Below, piece by piece: positions 14,859 to 27,971 of a stretch of 64,000 bases of DNA (positions are counted from its first letter, which is position 1; every line of letters begins with the position of its first letter). The position numbers were made by a program, and so were the translations under genes. Below the pieces are notes generated by a model. That model did no database searches, had not been told where the DNA came from, and saw only the letters and a list, made by a program, of their open reading frames with translations. The stretch is taken from contig NC_043015.1 in assembly GCF_006345805.1 (NCBI RefSeq), positions 51,646,001 through 51,710,000 of the forward strand, read 5' to 3'. The DNA is from Octopus sinensis. Lineage: Eukaryota.

Positions 14859-15907
14859 ATATATATATATTACATATGCATATATTTGTATAATATATAT
14901 TATAGAAGTATATGTATATTAACGACTATAATCAATAGCAAACCAATATGATTGTCGTAACAAAATAATTATTCCAATGATAAAAAACACAAGCTAGAAT
15001 CAATTTTTCAAAAACTCCAACACACAATACCTACACTTTGGCAATTTCAATGAACGCTCGCCTTAGTAAATGAGAAACCTACAAGGAAGTCAGCCGGAAT
15101 TTTCATCCCACATATTCCTAAACACCAGTAACATAATATCTATATTCCAGCGAACCATGGAATGGTAAAAGTCCTACATCAAAACACACACGCCATTGCT
15201 TTATATTCAAATTATTTTTCCAATAAAACATGGAAGCATAAACATGAAAGTTGATTGGATTTTTATCGGCAAGATGTTGATCCCCAAAGCCCCTAACTTG
15301 CTCGCTTGATAAATAATTAAATTCCTATCTTTATGTAATATCTATTGAAATCATCTATTTATAATGAAGAATATGTTAGTTTTGGAATATATGGTAGCGA
15401 TAACCGTCGGCAATATGGTGCCATAAATATTCATTGCACCGTCTTGGTAAACGATTTGAATGCTATACGAAGGAAATAGAGCTAGGTTTGCCTTGGATAA
15501 TGCAAATTACAGCTCAATTACTATATGAATGGTAAGTCGTCTATTGCGAACGTGGATCAAGAGACAAAGGAGAAAGATGGAACGATCAGTGATATTGATG
15601 AGTGTTATTGAATGATGGAAGGCATCGACGTAAAATCTCCATTTCTTTTGTGATACTGGATCATTAAAACGGTTAACAAATGGTATCACCTCTAAGCAGA
15701 AAAGGATCCTACATCCGACATGTCTTGTTGGCAATAAAATAATGTTGTTCTCCCTTCTAGTTGTTTCGTTCGAGCGATGCGTTTGACTACCCTGACGACT
15801 GATCATAAACAACTATACAAAGCCCTCTCTGTGAAAGTATATGCAACGTATATGAATATATATATATACATATATATATAGGGTGTGTGTGTGTGTACAA
15901 ATATGCA

Positions 15908-16122
15908 TAGTGATTCCTCGACTAACGCGGGTGTTACTTTCCCAAACCCCACGAGGTAAATGTAAAAGCAGTAGTGTACTGCATATTTTTAATTATTATT
16001 TTTATAATTGGTAATATATTTATTTTATTATAAATGCAAAACAACAACATCACAGAGGTATCGACGTAAGCTGGAATAATAAACCGATATACGGTGAACC
16101 GTGATATGGCGAGGGATTACTG
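15908..16122. mobile_element. Tigger/pogo-like MITE (degenerate)
   Basis: Imperfect TIRs TAGTGATTCCTCG...CGAGGGATTACTG resemble CAGT-started pogo-type ends; TA TSD not preserved. Confidence 0.5.
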
Positions 16123-16146
16123 TGGTGCGTGTATATATATTATATA

Positions 16147-16213
<67 letters not shown>

Positions 16214-16285
16214 ATATATATATATTTACCACATATATGTTTAAATGTATTATGTATATATCTGTATATATAATATATAATAATA

Positions 16286-16324
<39 letters not shown>

Positions 16325-16654
16325 TAATGTATGTAATGTATATAATATATATTTTAAATTAATAATACAAGGGTAAAATTTAACAATCAAATTAATTAAT
16401 CAATCAATCAAGTAAGTGATAATTTTACGAAGTAGATCGTAACGTTAAAATAACCTTTATAGGTAAAATGATACAAATATTTTATAATTATAAACATAAT
16501 TATAATTCGGGTTCAGCTAATTGCTTCACCACGTACGGAATTTAGAAATAGGAGTTAAAAATTGCTTTTATACTACTGTAAGAATTTCCATGACAGTAAC
16601 ATACTCTTTTACGTAGGCAAAAAGAAAAACAATGACTCAATACGACCAGGATTA

Positions 16655-16717
16655 ACTACATACACGTTTCGAGATAAAAGTGCTTAAGAATTTACTTACT
16701 TCTCTCTTCAGTGTAGT
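16655..16717 (-). ncRNA. Minimal type I hammerhead ribozyme with intact core (Penelope-type)
   Basis: ACUACA-CUGAAGA-GAGA(loop)UCUC-GAAAC-GU-GUA/UGUAGU: 6-bp stem I, 4-bp stem II with G-C closing pair, GUA triplet. Confidence 0.75.
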
Positions 16718-16838
16718 ATTTCCAATTATAAATTTTGAAAGTGCTAGGGTTAAATATGTACACGATCGAGTGACATCATGCATCAGATATCCAAACAACA
16801 CTTCCAAAAATTATATTTATACTATAAAATATTTGTAC

Positions 16839-16870
<32 letters not shown>

Positions 16871-17866
16871 TTTATATAAATCAATAAGGGTAGAATTGAT
16901 ATTAATCAATTAAAACCAGTGGCCTAGCATATTTTTTAAATATCTGAAGATTAAAAAAATTTTTTTTACATACAAAAAATCCGAAGATTAAAATTTTTTT
17001 TTTTTTTCATACAAAAGTCCTCTAAATTTTATATTGCAATACTTATATTCTAACTCTCGTACTTATTCTGTCATTGCTTTTTACCGAACTGCTAACTTAC
17101 GTTAAGCAAAAGTCAACAACAGCTGTCATTTAATGAGGATGGACAACACAGACACGAATAAGTACAGGGTGCGGACGATGTTCGTTCGCAATTTTTAACA
17201 TTAAATTTTACGCATATGGTTTTTTTTTTCGTTGTTGGTCTTTTCCTTAAAGAATAAATATATTTGCTTCATTTATTTATTTATTTATTTATTTATTTAG
17301 TTACAGACTAATTGACTATGGAAATTTTTGAACCCCCACACTTAGTGGAAGAGGCATGAATTCTTCTTTGGAATCTGCGGTGGGAAAACAAACAAGACGT
17401 CATATTGCTTCACCTTTAACAGAAGACTGAGGGAAAAGATTAGAAAGGAGCTGGAAGTTTCAAGCCAGATGACTTAAATGTTCTACTTTCTCTGAAGATG
17501 GCTTAAATGTTCTACTTTCTCTGAAGAACAATGTGTGTACAATATTACAATCGTTTAAAAGAATTTAATTCTTGTCGTTTTCGTTGTATTATATTTTGAA
17601 GATAAATATATGAGTGCGTATATGTCTATCTTTGTGTGTTTGTATGTTTTACAAACTTTCCACTACATGTGCGCGCGTGTGTGTGTGCGCGTGTGTGTGT
17701 GTGCATATGTGTGTGCGTGTGTGCGTGTGTGCGTGTGTGTGCGTGTGTATGTATGTATATGAGCGAGTTTGTTTTGTGAACTGTGGGTATGCATATATGT
17801 ATATACATATGTGTATGTGTATGTATATATATATATATATGTATATATATATACATGATAGACAGA

Positions 17867-17891
17867 CAGACAGACGGACAGACAGATAGAC

Positions 17892-17965
<74 letters not shown>

Positions 17966-18034
17966 ACAGACAGACAGACAGACAGATAGATAGATAGATG
18001 ACAGACAGACAGATAGATAGAGCGATAGAGAGAT

Positions 18035-18126
<92 letters not shown>

Positions 18127-18185
18127 GGATAGATATACAGATAGATAGAGAGAGAGAGAGAGAAAGAGAGAGATAGGCAGATAGA
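17867..18185. repeat. (GATA)n/(GACA)n microsatellite
   Basis: Directly visible. Confidence 0.95.
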
Positions 18186-18954
18186 TTTGTATGTGCATTA
18201 ATCTCAAGGTTTTTAAGTGGAGAATCACGTATGTTTTAGTTTTAGAAGGGAAGACTGAAAGGAACTTCCAGCTTAGAAATTCGAAGTCACTTTCAACATT
18301 ATCACTATAAAGTTAAGCCTTCATCTGTGTGTGTGTGTTTTTGTTTGTATATGCGTGTGTTTGTCTCTGTGTGTTGTGTGTGTGTGTGTGTGTGTGTGTA
18401 CGTGTTTATGTGTGTGTGTGTTGTGTTGTGTGTGCGTGTGTGTGTATACATGTGTAACTGTGTATGTGTATGTGTGTGTGAATGAAAAACAATGTTTTTA
18501 AGTGATTTCCTAGAGGTTTTCGCACCATATTCAATGTCCCGTTAATAGAAAAAAAAGGCACGAAAATCGGCGCTCTACAAAGAAACGCATTCTTCATTGG
18601 TGCCTTTTTGACCCTTTCAGGGCCAATATTACATTTTTCCCATTTCTTGTACTCACATTATTATCAAAGTATTTTTATTAACATGAAAAATTTACTGTCA
18701 CGTAAAGAGAAGGTTCTCGAAAATTCTTCAGGTTAAAATTTCAAACGTGTAATGACTCTTTAAGAAGGAAAGCAGTTATCGTCGGTTGCTTTTGTTTTTT
18801 TTTTCTTTTTTTTTTATAATTAAATATATTTCATTGAAGTTCAGTGTGAAAATTAATATAACAGCTTTCATTTACTCCTCCCATGCCAAAGGGGGCGGAT
18901 CCAAATAAATACACGAAGACTCAATTAATGACAAAGACCGAACTGCACTGTAGA

Positions 18955-19040
<86 letters not shown>

Positions 19041-19131
19041 TAATAACGAACACAACAACATTTTGTTTTTATTATTATTATTATTATTATTATTTTAAGT
19101 AAGGATACTACTACTACTACTACTACTAATG

Positions 19132-19174
<43 letters not shown>

Positions 19175-19249
19175 TGATGATGATGATAATGATAATAACA
19201 TCAGCAACGTTTTATTTTATTGTTATTATTTTAAGTAAGGTTAATAATA

Positions 19250-19284
<35 letters not shown>

Positions 19285-19345
19285 TAATAATAATAATAAT
19301 AATAATAATATAATAATAATAATAAAATAATAATAATAATAACAC
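18955..19345. repeat. (AAT)n-rich compound microsatellite
   Basis: Directly visible. Confidence 0.95.
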
Positions 19346-19829
19346 AATAAAATAAAATAAATGCATAGCAGAATAATAAAAATGAGATATAAATCAAAGA
19401 CTGAACGAATTTAATTAGGTAAACAGCAGAACTCTTTAATAGAGTAAACAAATAAATATGCCGGATATGTAATCAAATATTTTAATAGACGTAAAGTGTT
19501 AATGACTTTAATTTAGGATAGTAGTTAGTTATGTAAATGATAGAAGCGGAGAATTTGATTTAATATAGAAAATAATTACGAATTCAAGCCTTGATTTCTA
19601 ATTAAAACTATTTATTCTCAAATAGTTTTGCAAGGGACTGTTAATATTTAATAAACGTGTCCACGTGTTTTGTAAACCTTAATTTTTTCGTTTCAAGAAT
19701 TTATAAGGACCTTTTACAGAGAGTGGAAGACTAGCTTCAGTTTCTATTACGTTAACCAAACGAATGAAAGAGCTCACATGCTTAGACTGAATGATTATTG
19801 GCATTTATTTCTAAACCCTTTAATATCAT

Positions 19830-20470
19830 GGGCGTGGCTCTGTGGTAACAAGTATGTTTCCCAACAACATGGCTGCAGGTTCAGTCTCACTGCGTGGCAC
19901 CTTGGGTAATGTGGAGGCACATGGCCTAGAGATTAGGGCAGCGGATTCGCGGTCGACGGATCGCGAGTTCGAATCTCAGACCGGACGATGTGTGTGTTTA
20001 TGAGCGAAACACCTAAGCTCCATGCGGCTATGGCAGAAGGTAATGACGAACTTCTGCTGACCCTTTCGCCACAACTTTCTCTCACTCTTTCCTCCTGTAT
20101 CTTGCAGCTCACCTGCGACGGACCGGCGTCCCGTCTAGGTGGGGAACCTAGGAAACCGATTCCTGAGGTGACCAAAAACTTGTGAATAGATTTGCAAGAA
20201 GAAAACTGTAAGAAGCCTATCGTATATAAATACATCTACGTGTGTCTGTGTGTGTTTGTTTGTGTTTGTGTCTAGCCCCCTTCACTGCTGGAGAACCGGT
20301 GTTGGCTTTTTTACATCCTCACAACTAGCGGTTCGGGAAAAGAAAACGATAGAATAAATACCAAGTTTCAAAAAATAGATACTGCGGTCCATTCGTTCTA
20401 CTAAGACCCCTCAAGTCAGTACTCCAGCATGGCCACTATCCAATGATTTAAACAAAGAAAAGATAAAAGA
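19830..20470 (+). mobile_element. Old SINE family C copy interrupted by a family A copy
   Basis: Head GGGCGTGGCTCTGTGGTAAC at 19830-19912; body resumes near 20160 and ends in an AAAAGATAAAAGA tail. Confidence 0.7.
19913..20157 (+). mobile_element. SINE family A, nested in family C
   Basis: GGAGGCACATGGCCTAG...GAGTTCGAATCTCAGACCGG head; body as in 4217 and 24557. Confidence 0.8.
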
Positions 20471-20586
20471 TAAAAATAAAAATGACTGACCATAATAAAA
20501 AGTCCACAACCTAAATTAGTTAATTATTGATGGAGACAAGCAGTGATTAGGAAATGAATAAGTTATTTAAGTAGCGTGACAACTCC
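20457..20586. repeat. Left arm of a 130-bp perfect inverted repeat
   Basis: Exact reverse complement of 21797-21926 (checked base by base). Confidence 0.95.
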
Positions 20587-21514
20587 GGATATGTTTCGGT
20601 CGTATCATATCTCGTTAGTGAAACATTGTTATCAATTGCAAACGAAGCCTTTCAATAACCAAGATAATATACGAATGAAATAAGCCTTTGTTAATTAGGC
20701 ATTTTCCTTTTCATTATGGCTGTAATGTTAATTTATTAAATAATTCCTTGTTAAATGTAGAACTCGAAGTAGGTAAAGCTATAAATGGTAGCATTTAGAT
20801 AATAAGTTAAAAATCCATTTGGATAGAATTAGTCAAAGGTTGTCGATGGGACTTAAACCCACATCATTCTAAACATGAGAGATGTTGTACCATTGGACCA
20901 AAGCAATTCTTTGAATTTCTCCATCCGTTTCAGAAGTTTTGTTCTTACCAGCGAGAACTTTACGTTGTTGACATCTTAACTTAAAAACTCTCGAAAGAAG
21001 TCTTAACAAAAAAGTCTCGAATTTTCTCATTTCTTTTGACATCAAGCCGTTTATTAATGTTCTTAAGTACTACGTTAATTATTTTAATCCTCACTTAACT
21101 ATATGTTTCTTATACAGAAAGCATCCCTGGGAAATATTCCTATTTCAGTTACTTTGGGATATATTACTGGTTTGGCGTAGGGAAAGTTCCAAGTGTAAAC
21201 CTGGTAAATATTCTTCTGCTAAGGGAACTTGATGTAGAAGGAAGAGATCAGTAAAGAGAGATCGAAACACAAAACGTGTCAAGAGAAGACTGTGCGGATT
21301 CCCTGATCTGCTAGAAACAATAGCCAAATATACCTTAAATTATATTATTTAACATTCCAAAGCACTATATATCGTATGGAGTGAAAATGCATCTGCTCAT
21401 AGGTTGATCATACAAGGTAGCGAAAAAAAGCAACAGCAATAACAAAAGCAACAACAATAACACCAACAACAACTAGAACACCAACAAGAGCGGCGCAGCA
21501 ACAACAACAGCAAT

Positions 21515-21708
21515 GGAGAGCAATGGCTCAGTGGTTAGGGCAGCGGACTCGCGGTCGCAAGAACGCGGTTTCGATTCCCAGACCGAGCAATGTGAGAGTT
21601 TATTGAGCAAAAACACCCAAGCTCCGCGAGGTTCCGGCCGGGGTGGAGGTGAACCCCGCTGTACTCTTTCACCACAACTTTCTCTCGCTCTTTCTTCCTA
21701 CTTCTGCA
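21515..21708 (+). mobile_element. SINE family A, 3'-truncated
   Basis: TGGCTCAGTGGTTAGGGCAGCGGACTCGCGG...GGTTTCGATTCCCAGACC. Confidence 0.85.
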
Positions 21709-21796
21709 ACAAAACAGAGGAACCGTGGCGTAACCCACTATGGTGTGGTAAACTTTCAGACCCTAGTCTAGATTGCGAATCCTCTGTACCCATCCT

Positions 21797-21926
21797 GGAG
21801 TTGTCACGCTACTTAAATAACTTATTCATTTCCTAATCACTGCTTGTCTCCATCAATAATTAACTAATTTAGGTTGTGGACTTTTTATTATGGTCAGTCA
21901 TTTTTATTTTTATCTTTTATCTTTTC
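21797..21926. repeat. Right arm of the 130-bp perfect inverted repeat
   Basis: Exact reverse complement of 20457-20586. Confidence 0.95.
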
Positions 21927-22130
21927 CACCCGTTAAAAGCCGTTTTCCACCCGTTAAAAGCCACCGTTTACGGATTGGGGATAACAACATAGCTTTCGCG
22001 CCCGTGCAACCGCCAGTCTATCGCGTGTGGTGAGTAGATCTTCAAGTTGCCACACGCATTCTTAGTAGCTCAGAGAAGGCTCGAATTAGAGATTATTCTT
22101 TGTTGTTAATGGCGTGAGTCCTGATTGGTA

Positions 22131-22550
22131 GAAGAAGAAGAAGAAGAAGAAGAAGAAGAAGAAAAGAAGATGAAGAAGAAGATGAAGAAGAAGGTGAAGA
22201 AGTAGATAAAGAAGAAGAAGATGAAGAAGAAGAAGAAGATGAAGAAGAAGGAGATGAAGAAGGAGAAGGAGGAGGAGGAGAGAAGAAATAGTAGAAGAAG
22301 AAGAAGAAGAAGGAGAAGGAGAAGGAGAAGGAGAAGGAGAAGGAGAAGAAGAGAAGAAGAAGGAGGAGGAGGAGAGAAGAAATAGTAGAAGAAGAAGAAG
22401 AAGAGGAGGAAGGAGGAGAGAAGAAATAGTAGAAGAAGGAGTAGAAGAAGAAGAAGAAGAAGTAGAAGAAGAAGAAGAAGAAGAAGAAGAAGAAGAAGAA
22501 GAAGAACAACAACAACAACAACAACAACAGCAGCAACAAAAGCAGCAGCT
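22131..22550. repeat. (GAA)n/(GGA)n/(CAA)n purine-rich microsatellite
   Basis: Directly visible. Confidence 0.95.
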
Positions 22551-22975
22551 ACAACACCGCCAACATCATCAATAAATGACAGCCGTAACAACAGAAAACA
22601 GAACCCCAACGAGCGAACGCCCACACAGTCGTCTGGACTGTTAGAATTAACAGCCTAATCTCCGTCGCATCGCACCCTTAAAAGTAAAAAGGAGATAATG
22701 TTGATTGTAGTGCAGTGTGACTAAAGAAAGGTGTGATGGCCGTGGCTGGAGCACTTTCATTCACATCTCAGTTTAAACACAACAATAACGAAGCATGCAA
22801 TTTGGCAAATTTGATCAGACGCATTTAATTAACCACCTTTTAATTAAATGGATAGCCATGCATATGCATAATATTTGAACAGTAGTTTCGTATATGAACA
22901 CATATTTAATGGATTTACCATGTCATTATTATTATTATTATTATTATCATTAGTAGTAGTAGTAGTAGTAGTACC

Positions 22976-23009
<34 letters not shown>

Positions 23010-23010
23010 A

Positions 23011-23220
23011 GGCGGCTAGTTGGCAGAGTCGTTAGCACGTCGAGTAAAATACTTACCGGCATTTCGTCCGTCTTTACGTTCTGAGTTCAAATTCCGCCGA
23101 GGCCTACTTTGCTTTTTATCCTTTACAGGGTCGATAAAATAGATACCAGTTGATCACTGGAGGCCATGTAACCCACTTACACATTTCCCCAAACCTACTG
23201 GCGTTGTGCTAAAATTTAAA
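23011..23220 (+). mobile_element. SINE family D monomer
   Basis: GGCGGCTAGTTGGCAGAGTCGTTAGCACG head; box B GAGTTCAAATTCC. Confidence 0.8.
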
Positions 23221-23636
23221 ATTGGTAATTCTGATAGATATTCTAAATGTCCTCTCGACCTGGTAGAAATAGCAACTAAATATCTTTAAATCCCATGTTT
23301 AAACCCATCTTTAAATATCTTTAAATCCCAAGTGAAACATTGAATAACGCGTGTGTCCAAAGGTTTATTACACTTATGTAAAAGACGTAAGGTTCGAAGC
23401 TGCAATGCCTTCAGTCTACGATCTTAGGTCTTCACATTCAGAGCAGGCTTGGAACTAAACAAATCTTGTATTACATTTATTTATTCATTTACCTATTTAC
23501 AAAGCAGCAAATACGGCTTTACACCAATGGATTTCAACGGGGGTCTGTATGACCCATTGGGGACCCCATTTAAGATTTTGTTGTTAAGATCCATTTTACT
23601 TCTGCAATACACAAAATATTTTAATTTTTTATACAA

Positions 23637-23814
23637 GGTGCAGGCGTGGCTGTGTGGTAAGTAGCTTGTTTACCAACCACATGGTTCCAGGTTCAGTCAC
23701 ACTGCGTTGAATCTTGGGCAAGTGTCTTATACTATAGCGTCGGGCCGACGAAAGCCTTGTGAATGGATTTGGTAGAGAGAAACTGAAAAGAGCGAGTCAT
23801 AAATATATATAATA

Positions 23815-23903
<89 letters not shown>

Positions 23904-23904
23904 G

Positions 23905-23938
<34 letters not shown>

Positions 23939-24170
23939 TGTATGTATGTATGTATGTATGTGTTTGTCTGTGTTTGTTCCCCACCCCCACCATCGCTTGA
24001 CAACCGATCCTGGTGTGTTTACGTTCCCGTAAATAGCGGTTCGGCAAGAGATACCGATAGAATAAGTACTGGACTTACAAAGAATAAGTCCTGGGTTCGA
24101 ATTGTTCGACAAAAGGCGGTGCTCCAGCATGGACGCAGTCAAATGATAGAAACAAGTAAAAAAAAATAAA
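23637..24170 (+). mobile_element. SINE family C (OK-like), full length, with internal (TA)n/(TATG)n expansion
   Basis: GGTGCAGGCGTGGCTGTGTGGTAAGTAGCTTG head, CTTGGGCAAGTGTC body, GAAACAAGTAAAAA tail. Confidence 0.85.
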
Positions 24171-24556
24171 GGAATAAATGAATACTTCCTGATAATATTT
24201 ATCTATCAAAATATATCGGATGGCTATGGAGGTCCAGTAGAGTGAACCAGGAAGCAAAGAGATCCGTAGACAAAAATGGTTTAGAACCACTCATCTAGAC
24301 GATAGTTCACCCTACCTTAAATAGCAGCTAGCCATCCATCAATTCACACTTAAAGAAGAGATGCAGTGGAAGATGTAGTTTATATATCGCTAAAAATGTA
24401 AAGCAATAGACATGGCTGGAATGCCGTTAACCATCGGTCAGCGCGATCATTGTTGGTAAACCTGGAGCAAAATAAAGACAACAGCAAAATTCCATTATAG
24501 CTGTAAACAGAGTTTAGAAGTTAAACGACGTGTTTCATCTATTACTGGACCCTCAT

Positions 24557-24904
24557 GGAGGCGCAATGGCCCAGTGGTTAGAGCAGCGGACTCGCGGTCA
24601 TAGGATCGCGGTTTCGATTCCCAGACCGGGCATTGTGAGTGTTTATTGAACGAAAACACCTAAAGCTCCACGAGGCTCCGGCAGGGATGGTGGTGATCCC
24701 TGCTGTGCTCTTTCACCACAACTTTCTCTCACTCTTACTTCCTGTTTCTGTTGCACCTGTACTTCAAAGGGCCGGCCTTGTCACTCTCTGTGTCACGCTG
24801 AATATCCCCGAGAACTACGTTAAGGGTACACGTGTCTGTGGAGTGTTCAGCCACTTACACGTTAATTTCACGAGCAGGCTGTGACCGACGGAGTGCTTCC
24901 ATCC
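24557..24904 (+). mobile_element. SINE family A with target-site duplication
   Basis: tRNA-like head; GGACCCTCAT(G) repeated at 24547 and 24905. Confidence 0.9.
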
Positions 24905-25426
24905 GGACCCTCATGATGAGATCGAGAAATTCAGGCAATGTTAATAGACAAATGGATTCAGGGATTTATCGTTACACACGAAATATGAAAAACTAATCAG
25001 GAAATATCTTAAATGAAAGCGATCAAAACTTGAAAATAATCGTTCCTTGAGCATAATATTTTAATACAAAGCTGTTTTCTAATTACTTATTAGCACGTTC
25101 AGAAGCTTATTTTAAGTGATTTTCTAAAACGATGCTGATATTTTTGGTATTGCTGTGTAACTCCACATCAGTCCTTATTTAGGGAAGCACTTCGATAAAA
25201 TGTATTCCATCTGTGAGCATTTCGTTGTTTTTTGAGATTTAATTTTTCTAATTTTTCTTCTGTATTCAAGGTGGCAAAATGTTATTTTCATTGTTATTTG
25301 CAGGTAATAATACTTTCTTATATCGACTTGATCATATAGTCCCACTATGCTGTGCAGTAAACGAGAGATTTTTTCATTGACAATAAGCTATAAACACCTA
25401 ACAGGGACACGCCGGCTGCGATTTCC

Positions 25427-25843
25427 GGATCTTTTCGGTTTGAACGGCAGTTTTTAACATAATTTCTACGTAACTAAAATATTTTAAACTACGTATACTG
25501 GTAGAATGTGTTTATAAAACATCTTTTTCTCTTGGCTTTATTGAGAAAATTCTATAGTTTGTAAAGATATTTGTTGTTTTTTTTCTTCGATTTCTGCAAT
25601 TTCAACCAATCAATGACCGTCTATTGAGGTGAAAACATTCTGTGCCGTATGAATATGTCCGTCGTTTAAGAAACAGATTGGGTTTATTTATATTTCTGAA
25701 GAAATAAAGATACTCTTCCCCCCACCCCTAACCCTAACCCTAAAACAGAGTGAAATGCAGTAGATCGATACTAGAATCATAATTATGGGTGACAATTTCA
25801 TATGACACCACTAGAAAAACTGCCGTTCAAACCGAAAAGATCC
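25427..25843. mobile_element. MITE, Merlin-like, 29-bp perfect TIR and 8-bp TSD
   Basis: TIR GGATCTTTTCGGTTTGAACGGCAGTTTTT and its exact complement; TSD CGATTTCC at 25419-25426 and 25844-25851; internal (CCCTAA)3. Confidence 0.9.
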
Positions 25844-26089
25844 CGATTTCCTCCAAGTTGCATTTCATCAGTCTCACAACAAAAGACACAAAAAGAACAT
25901 AACAGTAATAATTCTATTCTGTGACGATCTTTTTTCTCTCACCAGTTACCAAATATACACTCAGGTAGAATAAATATTATGGGTGCTGACCAACATGTAA
26001 ACAGCATACTAACTGGCAGGGCGTGATTATGAACATAATAAATTGATGTAATCGAACTAGGTTGAAAATCGGTGTCCAATGGATTTTAA

Positions 26090-26306
26090 CTCTTTCGGTA
26101 CCAACCTGGCTGAAACCGGCTCTGGCTCTGTAGCACAAATGTCTTGTTTTCATAAGTTCTGAATTAAACTCTTCCACCAAACCTTAGTCACAATTTATGT
26201 TCCTAACACTAGCTTAATAACTAAGTTATTTTACTAAATTATTTATTATATTTAAAATAATTGAGAGAAAACAGAACATTTCAAAATAAATACAGTAACA
26301 AAAGGG
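26090..26306. mobile_element. piggyBac-like MITE (degenerate)
   Basis: TTAA then CTCTTTCGGTAC...GTAACAAAAGGG imperfect TIR; right-hand TTAA absent. Confidence 0.5.
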
Positions 26307-26791
26307 AGATGGAGGTTTTGTTTGAAACAACATATGAAATACTTTCTTATATCGACTTAATTAATTAATATTATCTTGGATGTATTACATGATTTTCCTT
26401 AACAGACAAATACGAAATACATAGCACAAAACAATTGCTCGGGAATTAAAACGTCTAATTTGGTGGGAAGAGAGAGAGAGAGCAAGGAATCATTGTAACT
26501 TGCATTGAGGTTGTTGCAATTTAATCGAAACGACGAGAGAAATTAGGTGATGCATTCGTTATGATGATGACGATGATGATGGTGATGATGATATGATGAT
26601 GATGACGAGAACGATGACAGTGATGATGATGATAATGTTGATAATAAGCATTATGCTATATATATACATACACACACACATATCCGCACTCCAAAGTGTA
26701 CGTATGTGCACACGCGCACACACTTATTATATATATACATACATACATACATGAGTATTTCTGTCTATATATATGAATATATGTGTAAATG

Positions 26792-26838
<47 letters not shown>

Positions 26839-27613
26839 AATACATATGCACACATGCTACAGCTATTTAGCATTTTCGCTTCAAAACTCTCCAGGCACTC
26901 ATACTCTAGCAACGTATACCTAGGTAACTAATGATGTATGCGAATACGTTAAGGTCCATGTGTGATTGTGGAACATCTGTCGGTGTCTTCATGGTGTGTT
27001 TGCGCATGGATTCGTCAGGTAACATTAACCGACAGAGAGCATACGTTTGTGTGTTTACGTGTTTGTGAGTGCGTTTCCGATAGCATCTCCATAACTGTCC
27101 ATGTGAAGTTAGACGTGGGCGAGCGAGATAGAGAGAAGGAGAGCCTTAGAGATTGATAGGACAGAGAGAAAGAGAGAGACAGAGACAGAGACAGAGAGAG
27201 GGGAGAGGGAGAGGGAGAGAGAGGTGCCTGGAGCATTGGCAACTTCGTCGTCTATTTTAATGAGATACATTCAGCAGTCGAAGCAAAGTACAAAATGATT
27301 GATTGCTTTCTGCACCTAGTGTCAGCGACAACTTGCACGTAGTCAGTGCAGCTAGATGGCAATAGCAGCAACAACAGCAGCGGCAGCAGCAGCAGCAGCA
27401 GCTGGAGACGAACCAATAGCAACAACAGCGTCAACAACTGTTTGAAACGAGCGTTGTGCGCTTTTGGTGAAAACAAGGTCAAGACCGGTACAGAAACTGA
27501 AAAGGTGAATTCGAGTTTGGAAAACAGCAAGAACAACAGGAACGAGTACAATGAAATATATAATAAGCAATAGGAAATGAAAGCGAGAGAAATATGAAGT
27601 CGTAAAACAGAAA

Positions 27614-27637
27614 CGATGATGACCATGATGATGAATG

Positions 27638-27711
<74 letters not shown>

Positions 27712-27874
27712 GTGGTGATGATGATGATGATGATGGTGGTGGTGGCGGCGGTGGTGGTGGTGGTGGTGATGATGAAGATGATGATGGTGATGATGATGAT
27801 GATGGTGATGATGATGGTGATGGTGATGATGGTGATGGTGGTGATGGTGATGATGATGGTGATGGTGGTGATGG

Positions 27875-27906
<32 letters not shown>

Positions 27907-27971
27907 GTGATGGTGGTGGTGGTGGTGGCGATGATGATGATGATGATGATGATGATGATAATTGTGGTGGC

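Noticed and set aside
14940-15830. Unique-looking block, possibly a decayed ORF
   Set aside because: The frames translated (15481-15840) are mostly broken and gave no recognisable motifs.
17163-17200. TACAGGGTG Tc1-like end (and CATCACCCTCTA near 55760)
   Set aside because: Isolated ends with no partner TIR nearby.
20587-20625. Minus-strand CTAACGA...GACC-GAAACATATC next to the inverted-arm boundary
   Set aside because: Several core mismatches and no stem I; proximity to the boundary may be chance.
21118-21203. 86-nt AG/GT-bounded candidate exon
   Set aside because: Two frames are open but there is no homology; such signals are common by chance.
21239-21280. GATC...GATC-GAAACAC-AAAAC-GTGTC
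   Set aside because: Stems II and III are good, but the core starts AG instead of CT and there is no stem I.
24557-24630. tRNA gene or CRISPR-like interpretation of the repeated tRNA-like heads
   Set aside because: They lack acceptor-stem pairing and continue into SINE bodies; there is no repeat-spacer array.
27346-27573. Ser/Asn-rich ORF and adjacent CAG run
   Set aside because: GTG start, low complexity, no recognisable domain or convincing splice pair.
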